The translations under genes and the position numbers were made by a program. DNA of 64,000 nucleotides from Steroidobacteraceae bacterium (GTDB lineage: Bacteria > Pseudomonadota > Gammaproteobacteria > Steroidobacterales > Steroidobacteraceae): contig DASYER010000075.1 of NCBI GenBank assembly GCA_036498905.1, positions 7,968 to 71,967 on the forward strand. Direction: 5' to 3'. Numbering within the stretch: the stretch's first letter is position 1; every line of letters begins with the position of its first letter. Shown one piece after another: positions 26,927-35,373 of this stretch. Under the pieces are notes generated by a model. The model was given only the letters and a program-made list of their open reading frames with translations, was not told the origin of the DNA and did no database searches.

Positions 26927-28135
26927 ATGGATGTGAGGCCAATTTTCTCCGCGCTCAGGCGCAACAAAGTGGGCGCGATACTGGTGGCGCTGCAGATCGC
27001 CCTGACGCTTGCGGTCATCGCCAATGCCGGCTCCATCATCCGACATCACTGGACCGATATGAGCCGGCCCAGCGGCCTGGATGAGGCCAACGTCTTCTCG
27101 ATGTCGAATCAGTGGGTCGGTCAGCCCGCTGACTTGAAATCACGTATTGAGGCGGATGTAGCCGCGTTGCGCGCCCTACCCGGAGTAGTCGACGCGGACG
27201 CGACCAACAGCTTCCCGCTCAGCGGCAGAAGCTGGGTCTGGGGGGCCCGCGTCAAAAGCCAGCAAACTGATGCATCGGCCCAAACGACTGTGTACATCGA
27301 CACGGTTCACGGCCTCGCAGCACAGGGGCTGAGGCTCGTGGCCGGACGTTGGTTCACTCCCGATGAGGTGACTGAGATCAACGCCAGCGAAGTCAGGTCA
27401 AGCGCCTCAGTGGTACTCACCGCGGCGCTTGCCAAGCGGTTATTTCCGAAAGGTCAGGCATTGGGTCAGACCGTCTATATCACCGGCGATGATCCCGAGC
27501 GGGTCGTGGGCATCGTCGAGCGGGCTTCGTCGGCCTCCGGCGCCAGTATGGAATACGTGGATTTCTCCACTTTTGCGCCGGGGCAGATAGTGAGCAGCCA
27601 GCTGCTCTACGTGATACGCACGCGACCTGGCGAGCAAGCCAGCGTCATGCGGGTGGCCCGGCAACGACTCCTGTCACTGTCACGCATGCGAATCCTGGGT
27701 GTGGCCGAGCCATTTGCGGCGTCACGGACCCGGCAGTTCGAAGCAGCGGCCGCGACCAGCTGGCTGCTCGCAACCGTGTGCGTGCTGATGCTGGTCATTA
27801 CCGCCTGCGGGACGGTCGGATTGACCATGCTGTGGGTGGCGCAGCGCCGCCGGCAAATCGGCACGCGTCGGGCGTTGGGCGCGAGGCGCATCGATATCCT
27901 GCGCTACTTCCATACCGAGAATCTGCTGATCTCTGCGATGGGGGCCGCATTGGGCATTGTGATCGGATTGGCTGCCAATCTGTGGTTGGCAAATCACCTG
28001 GCGATGGCCCGCATGAGTCCGCTGCACATCATCCTCGGCGCGCTCGTGGTGCTGGTACTGAGTCAGCTCGCAGTTCTGTGGCCGGCCATACGCGCAACGG
28101 CCGTACCGCCCTCGCTGGCTGCCCGCGGTCTATAA
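26927..28135 (+). CDS. FtsX/MacB-type ABC permease
   Basis: Start trimmed to MDVRPIFSALRRNKVGAILVALQIALTLAV. The C-terminal FtsX domain contains RRRQIGTRRALGARRIDILRYF. Confidence 0.8.
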   Translation: MDVRPIFSALRRNKVGAILVALQIALTLAVIANAGSIIRHHWTDMSRPSGLDEANVFSMSNQWVGQPADLKSRIEADVAALRALPGVVDADATNSFPLSGRSWVWGARVKSQQTDASAQTTVYIDTVHGLAAQGLRLVAGRWFTPDEVTEINASEVRSSASVVLTAALAKRLFPKGQALGQTVYITGDDPERVVGIVERASSASGASMEYVDFSTFAPGQIVSSQLLYVIRTRPGEQASVMRVARQRLLSLSRMRILGVAEPFAASRTRQFEAAAATSWLLATVCVLMLVITACGTVGLTMLWVAQRRRQIGTRRALGARRIDILRYFHTENLLISAMGAALGIVIGLAANLWLANHLAMARMSPLHIILGALVVLVLSQLAVLWPAIRATAVPPSLAARGL

Positions 28136-28161
28136 GCAGGACGCGAACCTCGCTTTATCCT

Positions 28162-29178
28162 TTAGAACGCGGCGAGCCGCTGAATGAACCAGAACGCGGC
28201 GGGAACCCCCAACACATAGCCGCTGATCAACCGTTGCCGCTGCGCCAGTCGGGCCACCAGGCCTCTTGCACCATTCAGATCGGTGGCCCAGCGTGCCATA
28301 TAGGCGATGGCCAGCACGCCGGTGATGAAAGCAATCTGCCCGATCTCGACGCCGCAATTGAAGCAAAACAGACCCACCGCCAGCTCCTTGGCCGGCAATC
28401 CGACATCCCGCAAGGCGGCGGCAAAGCCAAATCCGTGCAGTAGCCCGAAGGATGAGGCGACGAGGATCGGATAGCGGGCGGCAAAGCCCTGCGGAAAAGG
28501 GCGCGCGATCTCATAGGCAAGAAACAATATCGAAAGCGCAATGGCGGCCTCGACCGGCGGCTCTGGGAGCACCACGAGGTTCAAGGCGGAAAGCGCCAGG
28601 GTGATCGAGTGCGCGATCGTGAAACCGGTGATCGCAAGCAGAACCCGGCGCGTCGTCCCGGCCAGAATCAGCAGGCCGGTAACGAACAGCAGATGATCGA
28701 TGCCCGTCCAGATATGCCACATGCCGAGCTTGAGATAGCTGCCAGCGACCTGCCATGCCCCGGGCGATTTCGGTACGCTCCACACCGCCTGATCAGGCGG
28801 CAGCACCCGAGTGATGACCCTGCCGTCCAATTCGCTCAAGCGGAACAGGGTCGGCAGGGCCGGGTTGTAGACCTGATAGGACACTTTGATGCTCTGCCCT
28901 TCGAGGCTGTCCCGGCAGCGCACCGCCTCAATCTCCCAACCATAGCTGCCAAGATCCTGGGTGTCGTCGTTGATCACGGCGCACCCGGCAGGCCAGGTCA
29001 CTCTCAGCCGGTCCTCGACCGGCAAAGTGGGCGGTACGCGAATGCGCGCCGCATACAGATTCGGGCCTTGCTGGATGATGTTGATCGACAACGGGCGTGC
29101 GTCGTGCGCCAAGGCAGCGGCCGACACGGCGAGCGCGGCGATGAGCCAAAACCCGCGCACACCTCTTAAAGGCCTCAT
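28162..29178 (-). CDS. HupE/UreJ-family membrane protein (long form with periplasmic N-domain)
   Basis: Signal peptide, then an ~140-aa soluble domain, then TM helices with GIDHLLFVTGLLIL and FTIAHSITLALS motifs. ATGA overlap with the upstream gene. Confidence 0.8.
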   Translation of the reverse strand: MRPLRGVRGFWLIAALAVSAAALAHDARPLSINIIQQGPNLYAARIRVPPTLPVEDRLRVTWPAGCAVINDDTQDLGSYGWEIEAVRCRDSLEGQSIKVSYQVYNPALPTLFRLSELDGRVITRVLPPDQAVWSVPKSPGAWQVAGSYLKLGMWHIWTGIDHLLFVTGLLILAGTTRRVLLAITGFTIAHSITLALSALNLVVLPEPPVEAAIALSILFLAYEIARPFPQGFAARYPILVASSFGLLHGFGFAAALRDVGLPAKELAVGLFCFNCGVEIGQIAFITGVLAIAYMARWATDLNGARGLVARLAQRQRLISGYVLGVPAAFWFIQRLAAF

Positions 29179-30086
29179 GGGCTTCGGCCATCCGTAGACG
29201 GCAGATCCTTCACCCGAACCTTGAATCGCCCGACCAGATCCGCCACGGCCTTGTCGCGATAGCTCACGATCGAATCGCGCAGAAGATCATCCTTGACCTC
29301 TTCGCGCACCTCCGCCAGCGCCGGGAGATACGGTGGCGCATGTCCCGTCACCAGTACCAGGTGATAGCCGAATTGTGATTTTATCGGACCGTACCAGGTG
29401 TGCTGCGAGGGTGGCAGCTTCAGCACCGCCTCCTCGAACTGCGAACCAAACTGACCCTTGATGAACTCCGCGTCTCGTCCGACGTAATTTTGCTGATAGG
29501 GGAAACGGTCGCCATAGGCCGGGGCATCATTGAAGCCCGCCCGCTTTGCGGCCAACTCCAGTTTCAGGTTTTCGGCAACCATCTCGGCGCTTTGCGAGCG
29601 CTTGATCGAGTCGTCCACGAAAACATGCGTGAAGGTGAGCGCGGGAATGACCTGATAGCGCCCCTTATGGGCAGCGTAGTAGGCCTGAAGCTGCGCATCG
29701 GTTGGGGAAAAGGATTCAGTGGTGGTGTCATCGAGCAGGTACAGGATCTTCTGCACGACCCTGCGACGGATGACATAGTCCCCCTCCGAGAGTCCCATGG
29801 CCTGCGCTTCGCGGTACAGCGCCTCCTCCTGCACGTATTTGCCGATGAGCTCCTGGCGGGCCTGCGCCGGCATGGCATCAAGCTGTGCGTTGAAGTATTT
29901 CGGCTCAAACGCCATCGACTGGTACTGAAGGAAGGTCAGGAGCTTGGACCGATCGACTTCGATGGTCCTGTCGTCAACGCCGGTAACCGCGGCCCCCGCG
30001 ACGAAGCGGTAGATGCCGAACAGCATCCCGCCCACCACCAGGAAATGCAGCAGCGGATCGGCAATCAGGCGTCCCAGCCGAGTCAT
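29175..30086 (-). CDS. parvulin-type peptidyl-prolyl cis-trans isomerase, membrane-anchored
   Basis: N-terminal TM, SurA/PrsA-like helical region and a C-terminal rotamase block WYGPIKSQFGYHLVLVTG. ATGA overlaps at both ends. Confidence 0.8.
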   Translation of the reverse strand: MTRLGRLIADPLLHFLVVGGMLFGIYRFVAGAAVTGVDDRTIEVDRSKLLTFLQYQSMAFEPKYFNAQLDAMPAQARQELIGKYVQEEALYREAQAMGLSEGDYVIRRRVVQKILYLLDDTTTESFSPTDAQLQAYYAAHKGRYQVIPALTFTHVFVDDSIKRSQSAEMVAENLKLELAAKRAGFNDAPAYGDRFPYQQNYVGRDAEFIKGQFGSQFEEAVLKLPPSQHTWYGPIKSQFGYHLVLVTGHAPPYLPALAEVREEVKDDLLRDSIVSYRDKAVADLVGRFKVRVKDLPSTDGRSP

Positions 30087-31975
30087 GATCCATGCGCCGG
30101 CGTGTACCAGATGGGCGAGGAATACGCCCGCTCCTGAATGGATGCCGGCTCGTGCGTGTCAGAGACCGGAACACCCAGTGCCACCGCCTCGTACAATGAA
30201 TGGCGCGGAGTCGGAATCTCCAGCACCCGCACATAGTAGAACGCGAGCTGAGCTGCGGCGAAATCAGGATCCGTCCATACCACTGACAACTGGGCGGCCC
30301 CGATGGTGTTGGTGTACGAGGCCGTATTCACATCCACGGTATTGCCGACCGGCGGCAGATCACCTTTGGCGTCGGGAATGCGCTTTCCGGCCCAAGCCAC
30401 GTTGTAAATCTTCTGCTGCGCCTTGCCATCGGCCCCAACCCAGCCCTTGACGACCTGAATGCGGTCGAGGTTTCCGCTCATCGGATCCCGGGCGGCAAAT
30501 ATAAGCAACTGCGGCGCCCTGTCCTTGGGCGCATCGGTCAGCTCCCCGCCCATGGGAACGCCCTTGGCGTAGCCGATCTTGGCGATGTCCTTCGCGGCGG
30601 CATCAGCGCGGCTGAAGTGGAAACCGCCGAACATCCGCAGGGCGATGCGCGTGCCGCTGGTGCCGTACACTTCCTTGCGCTTCAGGGCATCGAAGATGGC
30701 ATGGCGCGAGTTCTCGGTTGCCCATACAGCCGTCATGCCCGAAGCGGACAACTCCCAGGCGGGAAAAATAAAACGCCGCGTTGCGCCCGGCTTCAGTTCC
30801 GCATCCCGCTCGGCCGGGGTGGGATCGTCGCCGAAATCACCCAGGAAGTTGCTCTCCTGTACCGTCACCAGCCCGGTGTGCGAATCCGTGCCCCCGACAA
30901 AGCCGAATTTGTAGGGATTCACGCCGATCGTCTTCTGGAAAGACAATCCTTGGAGCAACGCCGGACGGACATAGTCATGCGCGCTCGGGGGTTGCGGCAC
31001 GGGCGTCAGCAGCCGCTGCCAGATCTCGAAATTGGCGAATTCGTCCGTGGGCGCAAGCTGCGGCAGAATCTCGGAAGTTCCCTTCGACTGGGTGATTTCG
31101 ACATCCGCTTCCCAGCGCATGCGCATGCGCGCGTACTCCGCGCTGATCGGGCGTCCGTCGCTGTCGACCACATCGAACATCAGGCCTCCGGACAGATTTG
31201 AGTTGTGGGGAATGGCGATGAAGTCGACGCCGGTCTCCTTCTTGGTCTTCGCAAGCCACGCCCACAGGTCTTCCGGCCGCAGGCTCTCATTGACACTGTA
31301 GGGAATGAATTTGTGCGCCTGTTCGGCGCTGGCGTCCGAAATGACGCAGCGGTGCAGGTTCTTGCCCCCGGGAGTCGCTGTCCACTCCCAACCGATCAGG
31401 GTGGTGAACTTGCCCGGAATGTTGTTCTTCTCAGCCGCCGCGATTTCATCATCCCAGGTCGCTTCGCGAATCTGCGGCGCGAAAATCTGATCCATGAACT
31501 CCCGGCGACCCTGAACTTTGGAGTCTGGTCCGTCCATCACGCCCAGCTGTCCGCCCTGACGCATTGCCCCGGCGATGGGCTCCTTCTGATGTATCGCCAG
31601 AAGCTTCTTGCCCCAGTCAGTCGACAAGAGCTTCGGATCGCGCCGGTCCAGCAGCGGCTGAGTTCCCATCAGAATGGCGTGATCTGTCACCACGAGAAAA
31701 TCCAGCGGCCGATCGATCCGGATGGTGTTATGCAGTGAGGGGTTGAGAATCGGTATGCCGCGCGCAAAGCGATATGCAAGATCCGGCGTGACGCTGGTAT
31801 TGCCGGTGCCGTAGGCATCCCAGGAGTAATTCGTGTGCAGATGCGTATTACCCCAATACAGATGCGTCTGCGATTCTGAGTCCGCGGCCCGGACTTGGAA
31901 CGCTACGGCCATGACCAGCAAGAATGCGAAGCCGACGACGCGCGATGGCAAGCGGTGGTTCATCATGACGCTCAA
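30083..31975 (-). CDS. DUF3604-family secreted metal-dependent (PHP-like) protein
   Basis: Signal peptide, then YWGNTHLHTNYSWDAYG and later VVTDHA and GGTDSHTG, which are the His/Asp metal clusters typical of DUF3604. Confidence 0.8.
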   Translation of the reverse strand: MSVMMNHRLPSRVVGFAFLLVMAVAFQVRAADSESQTHLYWGNTHLHTNYSWDAYGTGNTSVTPDLAYRFARGIPILNPSLHNTIRIDRPLDFLVVTDHAILMGTQPLLDRRDPKLLSTDWGKKLLAIHQKEPIAGAMRQGGQLGVMDGPDSKVQGRREFMDQIFAPQIREATWDDEIAAAEKNNIPGKFTTLIGWEWTATPGGKNLHRCVISDASAEQAHKFIPYSVNESLRPEDLWAWLAKTKKETGVDFIAIPHNSNLSGGLMFDVVDSDGRPISAEYARMRMRWEADVEITQSKGTSEILPQLAPTDEFANFEIWQRLLTPVPQPPSAHDYVRPALLQGLSFQKTIGVNPYKFGFVGGTDSHTGLVTVQESNFLGDFGDDPTPAERDAELKPGATRRFIFPAWELSASGMTAVWATENSRHAIFDALKRKEVYGTSGTRIALRMFGGFHFSRADAAAKDIAKIGYAKGVPMGGELTDAPKDRAPQLLIFAARDPMSGNLDRIQVVKGWVGADGKAQQKIYNVAWAGKRIPDAKGDLPPVGNTVDVNTASYTNTIGAAQLSVVWTDPDFAAAQLAFYYVRVLEIPTPRHSLYEAVALGVPVSDTHEPASIQERAYSSPIWYTPAHGS

Positions 31976-32172
31976 CTCGCCCCCTTAGAATGTGAGCCCG
32001 TGCTCGCGGATGACTCGACGCAATTGCGTCGGCGCACGATCCAAATTCCGAATCTCAATTCTAGTTAAGCTATCAGCTTGCCGCACCCAGAGGAAGGACT
32101 GCGCACTGAGCGTCGCCAATTCTTATATTTAACACGTACAATCAATATCTTAAGAAATATTCCTAACAATAT

Positions 32173-33345
32173 TCATTGCTCACTGAGGGCCTGACTCACG
32201 CGCATCCGCCCGGCGCGCATCGCGGGCAACAAGCCACCGAGCAGACCGATCAGCAGTGCGCCCAGCATCGCCTCCAGCACCAGTGCGACCGGCACCACGA
32301 ACTGGAATGCAAACTGCGCGTTGCCCAGGAAGTTGGTATTGGCGGGCAGATCGTTCAATGCCAGATAGATGATCCCGGCACCTAGTACGCTGCCGAGCAG
32401 GGCCAGCAGCACCGATTCGGTGACGACGGCGGCACCCACGGCGAAGGCTCCGAAGCCGATGGCTCTGGCGGTGCCGATTTCGCGCACACGCGCAGCGACC
32501 GCACCGTACATGGTATTGAGAGCCCCAAATATGGCGCCGATCCCCATGATGATGAGCAGCGGCAGACCGAAGAATTTCACGGTACCGAGCAGGTCGCTTG
32601 CCTTGCGCTGGTAGTACTGCGACTCCGGTAACGCGTACACGCCCAGATTGGGTGCCGCCTTCAGGGCGGCCTGAAAGCGGGTCGCGGCGACTCCACTCGA
32701 TAACTTGACACGAACACTGTGCACGCTCGGACCGAGACGAAACGCGGATTGGAGAATCGGCAGATCCGCCCACAGCTCCGACTCGATGGCACCCCCACCG
32801 TCTTCAAAGGCCCCGACGATGCTCCAGTCCGCATCCGCGAGGCGCAGATGGTTGCCAACCTCCAGTCCCGCAAACTGCCGTTGGCTGCTGCGGCCCACCA
32901 GTAGCTCGTAACGCCCCGGTGCATTCGCGCGGCCGGCGACCACCTTCAGCGCGCTGCGGATTTTCAACGCCGCAGGGGTCACGCCCCGAACCGATAGATC
33001 GACGTAGTCGCCCTGACTGATGCGCTTGACGCTGATGGACCGAGCGCTCTCCGGGGACACGATCGCCGTCGGATCCACGGTGGTTGCAATACCCGCAACG
33101 GTCGCAGCCGTGGTCGTATCCAAAGAGCTCTGGTCTTCGGAGTCCTGACCGGTCTTCAGAACCATGAGAACCCCATCATCCGCGCTCGCCATCAGCAATG
33201 AGCGGAAGCTTGCGGCGATGGAGAATAGGCCAATGAAGACCGCCACGATGCACGCGACACCGAATACGTCGATGGCGGTGCTCGCCCAACGTTGTGGCAA
33301 CGACAGCAGGTTCAGCTTCAGCAGTGTCCACATCTGGCCAATCAT
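32173..33345 (-). CDS. FtsX-type ABC permease (LolC/E-like size)
   Basis: Start trimmed to MIGQMWTLLKLNLLSLPQRW, with an ATGA overlap at 33342-33345. Periplasmic domain plus FtsX C-terminal TM bundle. Confidence 0.8.
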   Translation of the reverse strand: MIGQMWTLLKLNLLSLPQRWASTAIDVFGVACIVAVFIGLFSIAASFRSLLMASADDGVLMVLKTGQDSEDQSSLDTTTAATVAGIATTVDPTAIVSPESARSISVKRISQGDYVDLSVRGVTPAALKIRSALKVVAGRANAPGRYELLVGRSSQRQFAGLEVGNHLRLADADWSIVGAFEDGGGAIESELWADLPILQSAFRLGPSVHSVRVKLSSGVAATRFQAALKAAPNLGVYALPESQYYQRKASDLLGTVKFFGLPLLIIMGIGAIFGALNTMYGAVAARVREIGTARAIGFGAFAVGAAVVTESVLLALLGSVLGAGIIYLALNDLPANTNFLGNAQFAFQFVVPVALVLEAMLGALLIGLLGGLLPAMRAGRMRVSQALSEQ

Positions 33346-34502
33346 CGCCGCTCCGTCCTGATCGCATCCACGACCGACAGCCGCGCGGCGCGGCGCGCCG
33401 GAAACCACCCCACCAGGTAGCCGGTGGCCAGCATCAGCACCACCCCGGTGATCAGTTGTGCCTTCGACAGCTCGAGATTGCCGATCCGCTTTTGCCCGGC
33501 CCGGATGAGCCACGAGGCCGCGAGCAGCCCCAGCCCCCCTCCCGCCAGCAACAGCAGGTTGGCCTCCGCCATCACCAGCCACCAGATCCGCCTCGGACCG
33601 AAGCCGATGGCCCGCAAGGTGCCGATTTCACGCGTGCGCTCGCGGAAGCTCTGCGTCAAGCTGTTGCCGGTGGCCAGCAACATGGTCAGGAAAACCACCC
33701 CGAGGATCAGATAGGCGATGAGAGTGACATTGCCGACGCGGCGGAAGTAATCGCGCTGCGTACCGTCCTGAGTGCCCGACAAAGTCTCGGCACCGGAATT
33801 CATGAAGAGCTGATCCACCGCGTGCGCGAACTTGGACGGGTCGACACCGTCGCTCAGGATTGCGACCAGAAAATCGATGGTGCCGCGATCAGTGGCCCGG
33901 CTCTCATCCACGTACGTATAGTGGTAATAGAACTGGTCGTGACCTTCGGCGGGGTCACGAAAATGCCAGATGCCGCGGATCGTAAAATAAAAGACATGCG
34001 TGCCGTCGAGCTTGGTGATATTGGGCATCGTGATCGGGACGGTGTCGCCGAGCTTCCAGCCGTACTTGTGCGCCATGAACTCATTGACGAGCGCACCGCG
34101 GCGGTCCGTGAAATAGTCACGCACCTGCTGCACATTCCAGATGAACCTGCCGGTCGGATCCGGAGCCTGAGGAAAGTCCTCGTTCATCGCCAGAGGATTC
34201 AGCCAGTTCTTCGGGTCCTGGTAGTAGCCACCTCGGGCAACCGCAAAATCCACCTGACCCTGCCGCAGTCCGGGGATCTTACGGATCTGGTCCAGATAGT
34301 GCGCCGGCAGCGTGTTGGTGTACTTCGGATAGATGAAGATGCGCACATTGTCGGAGAACTTGTAGCCGCCCCGAAAAAAGGCGCCCACTGCCGACAGCGA
34401 CCCGAACAACATGAACGCGCTGACGATGGTCACCGCCAGGAACACCAGCCGCGTCTTATCGCGGACGAGGTTCGCCAGGACGAATGCGAGGTATTTCGCC
34501 AG
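33342..34502 (-). CDS. FtsX-type ABC permease, probable non-canonical CTG start
   Basis: The conserved N-terminal motif (LANLVRDKTRLVFLAVTIV) lies upstream of the first GTG (34445). Between the in-frame TAA and that GTG only CTG codons occur. CTG 34500-34502 follows AAGGAAGGGGG. Confidence 0.7.
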   Translation of the reverse strand: MAKYLAFVLANLVRDKTRLVFLAVTIVSAFMLFGSLSAVGAFFRGGYKFSDNVRIFIYPKYTNTLPAHYLDQIRKIPGLRQGQVDFAVARGGYYQDPKNWLNPLAMNEDFPQAPDPTGRFIWNVQQVRDYFTDRRGALVNEFMAHKYGWKLGDTVPITMPNITKLDGTHVFYFTIRGIWHFRDPAEGHDQFYYHYTYVDESRATDRGTIDFLVAILSDGVDPSKFAHAVDQLFMNSGAETLSGTQDGTQRDYFRRVGNVTLIAYLILGVVFLTMLLATGNSLTQSFRERTREIGTLRAIGFGPRRIWWLVMAEANLLLLAGGGLGLLAASWLIRAGQKRIGNLELSKAQLITGVVLMLATGYLVGWFPARRAARLSVVDAIRTERR

Positions 34503-34666
34503 CCCCCTTCCTTAGCGTCCGCGTAAACGCGCCGCTACTGTTCTTGATCTTGAGGTTAGGATACCTCCTGACCAAATGCAGCGGTACTGAGCTGGGGCCT
34601 GGTATTCGATCGCGCCGTCAAGTCATTGATTTGCCACGGACCGATCGCGCAGCGTAAACGCTCACC

Positions 34667-35230
34667 TCACAGCATCGGGCGACCTTCGTGCGCAACGAGC
34701 AGGTCATGCATGTCGTTGGCGTGCTCCTCTTCCACGGCCAGGATGTCGATGAGCATCTTGCGGGTGGTCGGATCGCGATCGCCAAAATATCGAATCAGTT
34801 CCCGATAGTGATCCACCGCAATGCGCTCTGCGATCAGGTTCTCGCGAATCATGTCGACGAGGGTCTCCGCCGATCCGTACTCGGAGACGGAGCGTGTCTC
34901 GAGACCCTTCGGATCGAAGTTCGGGCTGCCGCCCAATTGATTGATGCGTTCGGCGACGCTGTGCGCGTGCGCGCGCTCCTCATCCGCGTGCTGTTGGAAC
35001 TCAGCCTTGACCGAATCGCTGGAGATACCCGCGGCCGAGACGGCGTGCATCGTGTACCGCAGCACACACACCAGTTCGGTAGCCAGCACGCTTTGCAGGA
35101 TCTCGATGGTCTTCTTCACGTCCCCTTCATAGGTGAAGGTGACATTCCCGGTCCCGATATTTTCACGGGCACGGGAGCGCAGCGTCTTTACGTCGGTGAG
35201 AAATGGCGTGGGCTTTGCTGGGTCGGTCAT
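34667..35230 (-). CDS. ferritin-like / bacterioferritin-family protein
   Basis: Four-helix di-iron pattern: ATELVCVLRY, DEERAHAHSVAERI, ERIAVDHYRELI, VEEEHANDMHDLL. Start trimmed to MTDPAKPTPF. Confidence 0.8.
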   Translation of the reverse strand: MTDPAKPTPFLTDVKTLRSRARENIGTGNVTFTYEGDVKKTIEILQSVLATELVCVLRYTMHAVSAAGISSDSVKAEFQQHADEERAHAHSVAERINQLGGSPNFDPKGLETRSVSEYGSAETLVDMIRENLIAERIAVDHYRELIRYFGDRDPTTRKMLIDILAVEEEHANDMHDLLVAHEGRPML

Positions 35231-35373
35231 GCGAGGCTCCGGTGCGACGGATCTTGCCGCGAACACTACCGGTATCGGTACGGAATCCGTGTCAGCAATT
35301 GCTGCTAGTTCTTGTCAGCCGTCAGCCCGCCAAGGTCGCAGCCGTTATACTGGGAACGGGCCGAGCTGCCAGG

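Noticed and set aside
33294-34526. 410-aa plus-strand ORF, plus 40028-40963, 43160-44164 and 62827-63696 minus-strand ORFs
   Set aside because: They are shadow ORFs opposite the FtsX permeases, the PchF-like flavoprotein, the RND pump and the PQQ dehydrogenase respectively.
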